Source: Mobula hypostoma (Eukaryota). From it: 64,000 nt of DNA. Location: contig NC_086107.1 in NCBI RefSeq assembly GCF_963921235.1, positions 108,130,001 to 108,194,000 on the forward strand, in the 5' to 3' direction. The notes under the pieces are model-generated. The model was not told the DNA's origin, did not search any database, and saw nothing but the letters and a program-made list of their open reading frames with translations. Shown here piece after piece: positions 1 to 12,194 of this stretch; the first letter of the stretch is position 1; every line of letters starts with the position of its first letter. Made by a program: the position numbers and the translations under genes.

Positions 1-469
1 CCTGGAAGAGTCAGCTGTTATAGAAAGCTGAGCTTGGCAAAAAATACCCCAAGGCCCTGGGCAGTGAATATCCATCACAAACCTCTTTGTCTTCCTTTTC
101 TTTGTGGTCCTCCTTCGCCATCTCTCTCCGTTACAGTCGAGTGAGTTGGTGACCATGACTTTTTGATTGTAATGAACAGGTAACATAATATATATAATTA
201 CAAGATTTATGCCTCGTTCTTGACCTCTGGATCACAAAGTCACCAGGATCTGACAGTACTAATCAAGATGTCCACTTTGTGTTGGATTGTGTTACTTAAA
301 TTGTTCACTGGACCTCAGTATATGTGACAATAATGAACCAATTTACCAATTTAAGCTTCTTACATGCTGCTGGGACTGCACTCATTCCAGAAAAGTGGAG
401 AGTAACTTCATGATATGATATTGTGCACAGGTGCACCCATAACATCACCATGTGTAAGATGTAAGGCCC

Positions 470-890
470 ATAGCATTGTCACTGATTGCTCCCATCCGAT
501 GCAGAATCTCTTTGAACTCCTACCATCAGGCAGGAGGTACCATAGCATTAGGATAAGGACTACTAGGATGGGATACAGCTTCTTCCCCCAGTGAGACTAT
601 TGAACTCCCCGCCACCACCCAGGTCTTATCACTTATAAAGGAGGGTTAAACTGTTTAATTTTGAACTTGTGTCATAAATGCATCTTATGCTAAATGCCAA
701 TCTTCTGGAATATATTTTATTATTTCTATATGTATTTGTGGAAATATTACTTTCTGTGGTGTGTGTGTGTGTGTGTGTGTGTGTTAGTTATATGTACTGT
801 GTTGTACACCTTGGTCCCAGAGGAACATTGTTTCGTTTGGTGGTATACATGTATATCGTTGATTGGCAATAATCTTGAACTTGAACTTAA
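470..890 (+). mobile_element. Rex1/Babar-type LINE 3' fragment
   Basis: Contains ctcctaccatcaggcaggaggtac (LLPSGRRY motif) and a 3' UTR ending in (ttgaac)n; includes a GT microsatellite. Confidence 0.7.
759..784. repeat. (GT)n microsatellite
   Basis: About 13 GT units, read directly. Confidence 0.95.
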
Positions 891-1154
891 TTATTGGATA
901 GTCATATAAACCTGCTTCTCCCACCCACTTTTTGTGTGTCCCTACCCTATTAAGTCCCTGGTTAATATACATCTCACAACCAGCGCTAAACAAGTTGATT
1001 AGGCCATCGTCATAACGACACTTGAGGAAGCTTGGTGTGCATAGATACTATGCCCTAGGGAGTTGAGGAGACTAGCTCATTAAAAGTATTTAAAGCGGGA
1101 GTAGATGCATTATGAACAAAATCGGGTGTTTGAGAATGACAGTGATCAAGCACA

Positions 1155-1757
1155 GAGAAGGATTGAAGCGGGGGTAAATCAGACAAGAGGGGGCAGGATT
1201 GAGGATGGGGTAGATCAGAGAGAAGAGAGGGACAGTATTGAGGGCTGAGGTAGATCAGAGTGAAGAGAGGGGCAGGATTGACACTGGGGTAGGTTAGAGA
1301 GAAGAGAGGGGCAGGATTGAGACCTGGGGTAGATCAGAGTGAAGAGAGGGGCAGGATTGAGGCTGGGATAGATCAGAGTGAAGAGAGGGGCAGTATTGAG
1401 GGTTGAGGTAGATCAGAGTGAAGGGAGGGGCAGAACTGAGGCCGGGGTAAGTCAGAGAGAAGAGAGGGGCAGGATTGAGGCTGGGGTAGATCAGAGAGAA
1501 GAGAGGGGCAGTATTGAGGGCTGAGGTAGATCAGAGTGAAGAGAGGCGCAGTATTGAGGGCTAGGTAGATCAAAGTGAAGAGAGGGGCAGGATTGAGGCC
1601 GGGGTAGGTCAGAGAGAAGAGAGGGGCAGGATTGAGTCTGGAGTAGATCAGAGTGAAGAGAGGGGCAGGATTGAGGGCTAGGTAGATCAGACTGAAGAGA
1701 GGGGCAGGATTGAGGCTGGAGTAGATCAGAGCGAAGAGAGGGGCAGGACTGAGGGGT
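1155..1757. repeat. 39-40 bp purine-rich minisatellite, about 15 copies
   Basis: Unit ~gaggctggggtagatcagagtgaagagaggggcaggatt; tagatcag-like anchors at 1211, 1251, 1290, 1330, 1369, 1409 ... 1683, 1722. Confidence 0.95.
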
Positions 1758-2454
1758 CTTAATCCTAGTGTTCTCGGGAATACTTCACAACTTACATCGT
1801 TTCATTTCTGAATGGACAATGGACCCATGAACATTACCTCATTACTTCTATTCTCTTTCTGCAATGCTTCTTTAACTTCTTTCAATACAGTATACATCTC
1901 TTATTATAATTTATAATATATTTTATGTATTGCACTGTATTGCAACAAAACAACAAATTTCACAACGTATAAACCTCATTCTGATTCTGATTTTCTGTTA
2001 ATCATTTCTGGGAGGTTGTGATATCAGGTGTGTGTGGAATGAAAACCTAAGACCATCTAATACCTGGTAATGGAGTAACTTTCACTTTGATCTTCAAACA
2101 CCCATTTACACTAATCCTACACTAATCTCATTTAAAATGTCTTACATTTTCTTCTCTGTTCTTCTACACAAGAAAATTAGATGGTAAGTGAACCTACTAC
2201 TCCACATCTTTGGGGTGTGGATGAAAGCAACACACCTTGGGAAAGCCCGTGATATCTCAGGGACAACGTACAAACCCCACACAGGCACACCAGAAGTTCG
2301 GATTGAACCTGACTTATTGGTGTTCTAACTGCCATTGGCCGCCCATGCAAAGTCAATGGAATAAAACTATCTTATTGGCAAAGGACAAGGCAAGTGGTGA
2401 TGCCCACCATGGTGAAATAGCTGCTGTTCTTTCAGCATTCATTCCTTCCTTTAC

Positions 2455-2544
2455 CTGCTGGTCAATGGACACGGCGTCCAGCCCATGGTACATGATGTTG
2501 ACCCAGCCATCTTTCGAAGCGAGCACAAAGAGAGACATCAGGGC
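2455..2544 (-). CDS. CACNA1I: Internal exon (90 nt, phase 0-0) of T-type voltage-gated Ca2+ channel alpha-1, domain III pore loop
   Basis: Translates to [30 protein letters not shown]. It has an AG acceptor after a pyrimidine tract (2545-2546) and a CAG|GTAAAG donor (2453-2454). SKDGW is the Cav3 domain III filter Asp. [12 protein letters not shown] fits Cav3.3 better than Cav3.1 (WVDIMY) or Cav3.2 (LSSKDG). Confidence 0.93.
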
Positions 2545-2654
2545 CTGTTGCGGAGAGATACAAATGAGAAAACTAACCACCACTAGGTCGACAGTATCTT
2601 TAGAACACAGCACCGTTCAGAGCCATCAACTGCTCCTGGTACATTAACCATTTC

Positions 2655-3310
2655 ATTCCCAGAATGAAAGGTTCTACGTATGAAGTGCGCTTGACGGCTC
2701 TAGCTCTGCACTCACTGGAGTTCAGAGTTTAGAAGAATGAGGAGGGATCTTATTGAAATCTACTGAGGCATGGATAGTGTGGAGGTGGAAAGGATGTTTG
2801 AAGTAGTGGGAAAAGTCCAGGACAGAGGCCATAGCCTCAGAACCAAAGGGTTGAAGTATTAGAAGCATTTGATGGCTCCGGACATGCAGTCGCTGAAGTT
2901 TAGAAGAATAATGGAGTTCTCACTGGAACCTACTGAACATTGAAAGGCCGAGAGATTGAAAGATCTAGGTCTGACCAGACATTCAGAGGACATTTCCTAT
3001 AGTGGGAGAGTCTAGGGCCAGAGGGCACAGCCTTCGACTAAAGGGCCATCCCTTTAGAACAGAGATAAGGATGAATTTCTTTAGCCAGAGGGTGGTGAAT
3101 CTGCGAAATTTATTGCCATAGACAGCTGTGGAGACCAAGTCAGTGGGTATATTTAAAGTGGAGGTTGATACGTTCTTGATTAGTAAGGGTGTCAAAGGTT
3201 ATGGGGAGAAGGCAGGAGAATGGGGTTGAGAGGGAAAGTAAATGGCAGAGCACACTTGATGGGCTGAATGGCCTAATCTTGCTCCTATGTCTAATAATTT
3301 TATGGTTTTA
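2655..3310 (+). mobile_element. CR1 LINE 3' fragments (two stacked, degenerate)
   Basis: Typical CR1 3' sequence: gggcacagcct...ttctttagccagagggtggtgaatctg...ggctgaatggcctaat. Confidence 0.85.
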
Positions 3311-4119
3311 AGAAAGGAATGTTACACCCTTTAACTAGACCACTCGTGCCTAGCATTTACTCTTGGTAAAGAGGGCACTCTCAGCTGGGAATTGAGATCA
3401 ACCAGTTCACCAGGCACTTTGTGTAACTCTTACAGGCCACTGTCTAACACTCTGGTGTGGGGGTCACTGCCCTTAACGTTAGTTACTTGACAGTCAGTGC
3501 TACTGTCGGAGTGCTGGAGATGCTTCTTGATTTCATGTCCTTACTCCCAGCACAGTTCTGTCTTGGACGCTAAATTATTTTGCTATCCTGTTGTCCCTGC
3601 CTTTCAAAATCCATCCCACCTGTCACTTTCCGTATGCTCTTTTCAGTGACATTAACCAGAGGGTGGTGAATCCGTGAAATTCTTTGGCTCAGACGGCTAT
3701 GGAGGCCAAGTAATTGGGCATATCTAAAGCGCTGGTTGATAGGTTCTTGATTAGTCAGGACGTCAAGGGTTACGGGGAGAAGGCAGGAGAATGGGGTTGA
3801 GAGGGATAATAAATCAGCATGATGGAAGAGCAGAGCAGACTTGATGGATCAAATGGCTGATGTCTTATGATCTAAAAGGCATTCCCCAGTAATGAAGCCG
3901 GCCTAGCCCTACTTTTTTCACTGGACCCTCTTCTATTTCCTCATTGGTAATGCATGGTAGAGAAGGTAGGTGATCAGTCCCAGGTTCACTCCCATTTCCA
4001 CAAGTGAAAAGGAATCAGAGCCAACAAGAGCTTTTCCCATCACTTTATCTATTCATCAGACCCAACATATCACAATATAATAGATTTGAACTATTATTCT
4101 CTATTTAGTACATTCACAC

Positions 4120-4655
4120 ATTCAAGACTGACTGATGCATACACTGATATATCATCCAATGTAGTCTTTTGATGAACATACACTGGTATATCACCCATTG
4201 TAGCCCTGTGATCAGTACTCATTGATATATCATCAATATAGTCTAATGATCAATATACACTGATACAGCACCAATGCATGTAGACTAGTGATCAATATAC
4301 AGTATACTGATATACCACCCATTATTGTCATGTAATCAATACACCTTGATATATCACCTGTTGTAGTTCAGTGACCAATATAACTGATATCCCACAATTT
4401 ATCCTCCAATAATCAATACTCATCAATATACTACCAATGTAGTCTAGGAATCAATATACACTGATATACCACACATTATAGTCATGTAATCAATACATAT
4501 CAATATATCACCTATTGTAGTTCAGTAATCAATATACTGTAACTGATATTCCACAATTTATACTCCAATGATCAATACTCATCAATATACTTCCAGTGTG
4601 GTCTCGGAATCAATATACACTGATACACCACACATTTCAGTCTAGTGATCAATTT
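4120..4655. repeat. Degenerate ~38 bp AT-rich minisatellite with a higher-order duplication
   Basis: Unit ~gatcaatatacactgatatatcaccaatgtagtctagt; a block of about four units recurs with a ~155-160 bp period. Confidence 0.85.
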
Positions 4656-4794
4656 CCGGGTGACCATTGGGCGAAGATGTCAGTAAGTGATAAGGAGCAA
4701 CTGGAGAGTGAGAAGGTAGAAGTTGCAGGCTAGTGATTAATACTTACTGATATTCCACTCTCTATAGCCCTGCAGCTAATATTTACTGATATAA

Positions 4795-5556
4795 ACAACA
4801 GGAACTCTGCAGATGCTGGAAATTCAAACAATACACATCAAAGTTGCTGGTGAACGCAGCAGGCCAGGCAGCATCTCTAGGAAGAGGTACAGTCGATGTT
4901 TCAGGCCGAGACCCTTCGTCAGGACTAACTGAAGGAAGAGCTAGTAAGAGATTTGAGAGGGCAAGGGGGAGGGGGAGGGGGAGATCCAAAATGATAGGAG
5001 AAGACAGGAGGGGGAGGGATGGAGCCAAGAGCTGGACAGGTGATTGGCAAAAGGGGATACGAGAGGATCATGGGACAGGAGGTCCAGGGAGAAAGACAAG
5101 GAGGTGGGAAACCAGAAGATGGGCAAGGGGTATAGTCAGAGGGACAGAGGGAGAAAAAGGAGAGTTCCCCCCCCACCACCTTCCCCTCGTACCCCATCCG
5201 TTATTTATTTTTATACACACATTCTTTCTCTCACTCTCCTTTTTCTCCCTCTGTCCCTCTAACTATACCCCTTGCCCGTCCTCTGGTTCCCCTCTCCTTG
5301 TCTTTCTCCCTGGGCCTCCTGTCCCATGATCCTCTCATATCCCCTTTGCCAATCACCTGTCCAGCTCTTGGCTCCATCCCTCCCCCTCCTGTCTTCTCCT
5401 ATCATTTCGGATCTCCCCCTCCCCCTCCCACTTTCAAATCTCTTACTAACTCTTCCTTCAGTTAGTCCTGACAAAGGGTCTCGGCCTGAAACGTTGACGG
5501 TACCTTTTCCTGGAGATGCTGCCTGGCCTGCTGCGTTCACCAGCAACTTTGATGTG
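4795..5556. mobile_element. Fold-back (inverted) Penelope-like insertion with 14-bp TSD
   Basis: Arm 4834-5164 is the reverse complement of 5234-5556. Direct repeat atttactgatataa at 4781-4794 and 5557-5570. The same terminal sequence is linked to GIY-YIG-related coding sequence at 31097-31828 and 57260-57885. Confidence 0.88.
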
Positions 5557-5636
5557 ATTTACTGATATAACATTATTTCCATGCATTGATCAGGAAGACC
5601 AATCTCTAGAAGAGGTAGCAATTGTAAATTCCGTAC

Positions 5637-5762
5637 CTGTCCGAGGTTGTCAAAGTTATACTTGTGATGCATCCACTTGTAGTTTGCCAACAAACAGTCT
5701 GACCTGTTGGTGACATTGCGAGTATCGTGACCCTGGCAGTAGTAAAACTTGCCTTTGAAGAG
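5637..5762 (-). CDS. CACNA1I: Internal exon (126 nt, phase 0-0) of T-type Ca2+ channel, domain III S5-pore turret
   Basis: My translation is LFKGKFYYCQGHDTRNVTNRSDCLLANYKWMHHKYNFDNLGQ; this frame is not in the ORF track. Acceptor ttacAG at 5763-5764 and donor CAG|GTACGG at 5635-5636. It splices in frame to 2544 (NLGQ|ALMSLF). HHKYNFDNLGQ is the Cav3.3-type motif. Confidence 0.93.
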
Positions 5763-7654
5763 CTGTAAGGGTTAAAATACATCGTTACCGGCGTTGCTTC
5801 AGTCATAGTATTGCTGAGATTAGGATTCTGGATAGATCACTGGCCTGATTCACAGAACGGCAGGACGGCAATTTTTGTACCTTAAAGTTATTTATTTGTT
5901 TATTTAACGACACAGTGCGGATTAGCCCTTCCGGACCAGACCATTTCGGCAACCCCGGACAACCCTAACCTAACCACAGGACAACCTACAATGACCATTT
6001 AACCTACCTGGCACGTCTTTGGACTGTGGAATTTGTTGCCACAGAGGGTTGTAGAGTCACTGGATGAATTTAAGGCAGGGGTTTATAGATTCTTGATTGG
6101 CACAGACGTTAAGGGTTAGAGGAAGAAGGTGGGAGAATAGGCTTAAAGAAAAATAAATCAACCATGATTAAACAGGAGAGCAGATCTGATGGGCTGAATG
6201 GTCCTATATCATAATGGTTCTGGATGAATGTTTTGCCTAGAACTAATGTGGGCAGACATTTGGCTGGATGATCTGGCCAAATATTTCCAAAGACAGATGA
6301 GACTGCAGATGCTGTAATCCGGAGCAGCAAATCAAATACTGGAAGAACTCAACGGGTCAGGTAGCATCTATGGAGAGAAATGGGGCAATCAATATCGCAG
6401 GTCAAGACCCCTAATCAGGACCGGTCGTTGTTGAAGAGCAGAAAACACAGAGGGGGAGCAGTGGGTGAGGGTCTCACATGCTGCCTGCCAATGGGAGGAG
6501 GCAAAATTCTTCAAAGTGGGGCATCCTTTGGAGAGCCTTTGCAGTCGAGTAGTACAAGAGAGAATGTCAGGAGTGCTAGAGGATGTTCACAAGAATCATC
6601 CTGGGAACGAAAGGCTTAACCGATGAAGAGCGCTTGATGAATCTGGGCCTGTGTCGAATGGAGTTCAGAAAGATGAGGGCATATCTCATTGAACCCTACA
6701 GGATGGTGAAAGGCCTGGATAGAGAGGATGTGGAGGGGATGTTAATTAGCAAGAGATGCTAAGATCCGAGGGCACAGCCTCAGAGATCTGAGAGACTGAC
6801 AAGCTAGAGTCAGGAGTGATAAAACAACATACTGGAGGAGATCACCCAGCACCTGTAGAGGGGGATGGACAGTCGACATTTCAGGTTGAGACCTTTCATG
6901 TGGAACCTCTCAGTCTCAATGCTTTTTACGCTGTCCAAATGAGACAAAAACCTAGCAATATCTCAGAGCAATTTGCATCCACATCCACAATTATGTCCAC
7001 AATGGAGATTCCAGTGTTTTCCTGACATGTGCTTGTCTCTCTGATTCCTCAGGACTCCCACCACCAGGTTCAGGAACAGGTATTACCCCTTCACCATTCG
7101 GCTCTTGAACCACTCAACTTCAGCCGCCCCATCACTGAACTGTTCCCACAATTTACGGACTCCTTTTCAAGGACTCTTTATCTCATGTTCTCGATATTTA
7201 TTGGCTGATTGGTTAATTAATTAATTAATTAATTTGTATTTGCACAGTTTGCTGTCTTTCACACATTGGATGTTGGTCCGTCCTGTTGGGCGCAATCTTT
7301 CATTGATTCTATTATGGTTCTTTGATTTATTGAGTATGCCCACAAAAAAACATTGTATATGGAGACATGTATGTACTTTGATAATAAACTTAATTTGTAC
7401 TTTGTAATGGTCCCAAATGATCTGCTTTGCTGAGTGATTCTAACCTGGTATGTATTGTCCTCAAGATCTGTGCCCTTGTACTCCTCCTTTCCAATCAGTG
7501 AGGTGTTCATTGCCAAAACTGTAGTACATTTTTTTCTATTGGAAGGCCAATTTCTTCCAGCAGTTAACTCACCATAAAGTTATTGCTGAAAAGGCAAGAC
7601 AGTCTTCAGCCGAAATGAAATCCAGGCTGAATTTGATTGTTTCGTTTTAACCAC

Positions 7655-8270
7655 AGGAGTGCAGGAGTTGGGATGTTATCTTGAAGTTGTATAAGACATA
7701 GGTGAGGCCTAACTTGGAGCATTTTGTGCAGTTCGTGTCACCTTGCTACAGGAAAGCGATCAATAATATGAAAAGAGCATGGAGAAAACTTACAAGGATA
7801 TTGCTGGGATTTGAGGAATTTAGAAGGATATTGCTGGAATTTGAGGAATTGAGTTACAGAGGAAGTTTGACCAGGTTGAGTTTTTCACTGGAGTGTAGGA
7901 GAATGAGGGAGATTTGTTTGAGATATATAAACTTATGTGTATAGACATTGTAAGTGCAAGCATGCCTTTTCCCACTGAGGTTGGGAGAGACTAGAGCTAG
8001 TTCAGGGTGAAAGGTGAAATGTTTAAGGGGAATAAGAGGGAGTACTTCTTCATTCGGAAGGTGTTAATAGTGTGGACAAGCTGCCAGTGGAAGTGGTGGA
8101 TGCGGGATCGATTTCGACATTTAAGAGAGGTTTGGATGAATTCTTGGATGGGAGAGGTATGGAGAGCTCTGGCCCGGGTGCAAGTCGATGGGACGAGGAG
8201 AATAACAGTTTGGTGCAGGCTAGAGAGATCAAAGGGCCTGTTTCTGTGCTGTAGGGCTCTCTCTCTATAA
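7655..8270 (+). mobile_element. CR1 LINE 3' fragment
   Basis: ORF remnants RPNLEHFVQF (RPHLEYCVQF-like) and a CR1 3' tail. Confidence 0.85.
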
Positions 8271-8799
8271 ACCATTCTAAAACTTTGAGAATAACACTTT
8301 CCCTCTCCCCAGGGTTGGTTAACTCTCCACAGTCTCTTGACACTAAAAAATTAATTCCAAGCCACAAGACTCATCATTGATGTCAGTCTGGCAACAGGAA
8401 ACTGTTCAATTGAGCAGAGATATCTGATTGGGTTCTTCGAATCAGAATCAGAATCAAATTTATTATCACTGACGTATGATGTGAAATTTATTGTTTGGCA
8501 GCATCAGTACTGTGCAACATGTAAAATATACGATAAATTACAATAAAAATATATAAAAATTGAATAAATAGCACAAGAATAGAGGGGAAAAGTGTGAGAT
8601 AGTGTTCATGGGTTTACTGTACATTCTGAAATCTGATGGCGGAGGGAGAGAAACTGTTTGTAAAGTGTTGAGTGTGGGTCTTCAGGCTCCTGTACCTCCT
8701 CCCTGATGGTAGTAAGGAGAAGAGGGGACCACCTGGGAGTCATTAATGATGGACATTGCCTTTTTGGAGACATTACATTTAGGGAAAGGCCTTCCAGCA

Positions 8800-9590
8800 A
8801 AATGGTAGTGTGTTTGGATGCAGTGGCATGATCTAGAGCCAACCAAAGGTGTATTCGTCTTCTTTAAACATCTTTTCTATGATCTCAATGCACTGCTGGG
8901 CATTAAGAACTTCAAGTACTTCGCATCTACTCCATCAGCGAGTTGCTCGATAGCAGAGGAGGTGGAGGAGCTGGAATTGGTGTAGACTTTGTTGTGGTCT
9001 GCTACAGAGAGATACTGGAATTGGTGTGTGAAGACGGTGCACGGTCTAATGGCGAGTGATTGTCTTGGACGTTTTTCTTGTGATCGCAAGACCCTGGCAG
9101 CCATTGGTAATGAGGAATGCAGCTCCCCCGGTTCACTGTTTTATTGGTGAGACCAACAACAGGGGAGCTGCGTTGCCACAGTGATAGCGAAGGCTCGGCC
9201 TCATGCCATGGGCTTGCCTGGACCAGCAGTTGAGGAGGGGCGACTCCAGAGATGGTGTGGTGCGCCGTCCATGCTGGGTTGGGGGCTGACCCCTTCTGTT
9301 GGTGCTGCCCTCCAGTGCTAGCTCGGTGGAAGACAAGTTTGATTGCGTGCACGCGCACGTTCATCGGCGGATTGTCGAGAACTTCTTGTTCTTGCGGACA
9401 ACACCCATGCCCCATCAACTTACGGGACATGTCACTCAGAGACTTGGGGTTATTTGCATTTTTTTTGTGTGCTAGCTTACACGTGCTATATGTGCCTTGT
9501 GCCGTGTAAGTACTATGCTTCGCAACTTGGCCTCGGGAGAACGCTGTCTCACTTGGCTGTATTCCTGAATGACAATTAAACTTGAACTTG
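8800..9590 (+). mobile_element. Non-autonomous retroelement with Rex1-type tail
   Basis: Homologous to the inverted copy at 45455-46190; ends in gaatgacaattaaacttgaacttgaa; no coding capacity. Confidence 0.6.
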
Positions 9591-10009
9591 AAGCCCTCGC
9601 TGGAGGGGGGGCCTGTACCCGTGAAGAAGCTGCCTGAGTTTGCAACCCTCTGCAGAACTTTCCAATCCTGTGCCACGGCTCAGCGATGCACCCAGTTAGA
9701 ATGCTCCACTTAGATGCAATTTCACATGAGCAGACAAAGCTGAAGAGATTGTACAGTCCTTTTTCTGTCTGATTGATCTGTAGAGCCGTCTATCAGCATC
9801 AACTGATGGTAAGCTCCTCCGTGCTTTAGGGAACTAGTAATTAAAACAATTACTTACTAATTCGTAAAGATCTTGAAAAGGGCACCATGAATATGGTAAC
9901 AGCGCTGCTGAATAACATTTAGTGAGGCATTATTAATAAACAGAAATATTGTGGTTTAATTCATACAACTGCATAATTGGATTAGGTTTAAAACGAGACA
10001 AACATTTAG

Positions 10010-11230
10010 CAATGGGGAGACCATATCTGAAATACTGTGCGTTTGGTTTCTTTTACTGAAGGACGTTAAGGCTTTGGAAGCAGTTCAGACAACACGTCGA
10101 TAGGGTTGTTAAGAAGGTACATGGTGTGTTGGCCATCAGTAGTTGGGGGATTCGGGTCAGGAGCCGCCAGATAATGTTGAAGCTCTACAAAACCCTGGTT
10201 AGACCACACTTGGAATATGGTGTTCAGTTCTGCTTGCCTTATTATAGGAAGGATGAGGAAGCTTTAGAGAGGGTGCGGAGGAGATTTACCAGGATGCTGC
10301 CTGGATTAGTGGTCATGTATAATGAGGACTGGTTGAGCGAGCTACGGCTTTTCTCTTTGGAGTGAAGGAGAATGAGAGGTGACTTGATAGCGATGTACAA
10401 GATAATAAGAGTGGATAGTCAGGGCAGAAATAACTACTATGAGGGGGGCACAATTTTAAGGTGATGGGAGGAAAGTATAAAGTTGATGTCAGGGGGAGGT
10501 TTTTTTTACACAGAGATTGGTGGATGTGTGGAACACCCTGCCAGGGGTGGTGGTGGAGGCAGGTACATTAGAGACACTTAAGAAACTCTTAGAAAGGCAC
10601 GTGAATAATAGAACATTGGAGGAGGGAAGGTTTCATTGATCTAAAGGTCTAAGAGCCTGTACTGTGCTCTCAGGTTCAGTAGATTGATATTCGTAGAGGG
10701 AAGGATATCTTATGAGAAAAGATTGGACCTGTTCAGAAGACTGAGAAGGAACATGATGGAAATGGAGAAGATCGTGAGGAGCTCTGACCAAGTGAATGTG
10801 GAGAGGATTGTTCATCACGTGGGAGAATCTGTGAACCGGTGGGGGGTGATGGTCACTGTTTAAAAATAAGTGGCTAAACGTTTAAGTCAAAAGTTCAACG
10901 TACATTCATTATCAAAGTATATATACCGTATACAACCCTGAGATTCATCTTCCTCACTGACAGCCACAAAACAAAGAAACAAAGTCAGAGGTGTGGTGAA
11001 ATATTTTGTTCAAGCATTGGGGTCTTAGGAAACTACTCGTTCCAATGGAAGAGAGTCTTTAATTATTTTAATGTAGGGGTGGGAAAGCAAGGGAATAAAG
11101 GGCTATTAACATAGATGGGAATGTGGAGTGGAAGTTACAAGCAGACAACTCATTGTCTCTCTTAATACCAGAACAGCACTGAAAGGCCAAGCAGTCTACT
11201 CCTGCTCCCAATTCCTATGTTCACATATCC
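10010..11230 (+). mobile_element. CR1 LINE fragments (nested, degenerate)
   Basis: ORF 10126-10365 LYKTLVRPHLEYGVQF...RRFTRMLPG, flanked by older CR1 pieces. Confidence 0.85.
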
Positions 11231-11334
11231 TGTCACTGCCTTATAATTCAGTCAAGGATGAGATTCACTACACATACAATACTAGCAAAAGTCACAGTTA
11301 CTGCAGGAATTTTACGTGTTGCACTGTACTACTG

Positions 11335-11762
11335 TCACAAAAAAAAATTTCATGACATATTTCAGAGATGATAAACCTGGTTCTGATACGGGTCTCTATT
11401 GTGGACTGAGAGTGGGAAGGAGGCAGGGAGAGGGGAATCATGGTTGGGAAAAGAGGAAGGGAGAGGGGAGGTAGCGGGAAGCACCAGAGAGATATTCTAT
11501 AATGATCAATACACCAATTGCCTGGTGTTTCAATGCTGATTGAGTCTGCAACAGCGTCTCCTCTGCACCCCACCCCCCTCAGTTTCCCTGGCACTCCTTC
11601 TCTGCCATCCATCCCACACCCCTCCCACGGCACTTCACTCTTACCATTCCCGCCCGATTTGCAAACTCACTCTCTGTTCCACATTGACAACGACAGCATT
11701 GTGCAGAAGTCTGTGGCACCCCGGCTATATACATGAGCCTAAGATTTTTACACAGTACTGTA
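11335..11762. mobile_element. Unclassified interspersed repeat (second copy at ~39750-40155)
   Basis: Shares gtggactgagagtgggaagg...ggaatcatggttgggaaa...gcaccaga and tgtgcaaaagtct..gcac with 39750-40155. Confidence 0.7.
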
Positions 11763-12194
11763 CCCCAGTGGCAATTTTATACAAAGCAGCAAACTATTCA
11801 AATGCCATCACTAACATACTTGCATTGCTGACCTCAATGTATTTTACAACAGTTTTTTGGATAATGGTGGAGGGAGGTGGACTTGTTATGGTTGCAGTGA
11901 TATAAAGGCTTTCAGAGCTCCTTTTAAAACACTCTAAAATGCTTTGCAGTCAGTGAAGTAGTTTTGCAAAAGTGATTCAACATTCCTGATTCAAGACTGC
12001 TTAATGTCATTTCCTGTACACAAGTGTAAAGGAGAATTAAATAATTATTATTCCAGATCTGATGCAACCCAAACAAACTACAAAAGGTAAAGAACCCAAT
12101 GATAATAATGATAAAAACACAATAAATATAAATACATAAGATAGCTTATAAGCATAGATTGATTGTGTTGATGGCTGCTGTAATGCAGGAAACT

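Noticed and set aside
80..146. Plus-strand pyrimidine tract, CAG, 4 nt, then GTGAGT (micro-exon-like); a similar 25-nt case near 9784-9808
   Set aside because: Antisense to the only supported gene, with no partner exons or protein similarity.
1155..4655. CRISPR-like periodicity of the 38-40 bp arrays
   Set aside because: The units are contiguous tandem copies without unique spacers, there are no cas genes, and the context is vertebrate.
9002..9676. 224-aa ORF as a novel gene
   Set aside because: It spans a non-autonomous repeat and a Rex1 fragment, with no coherent domain.
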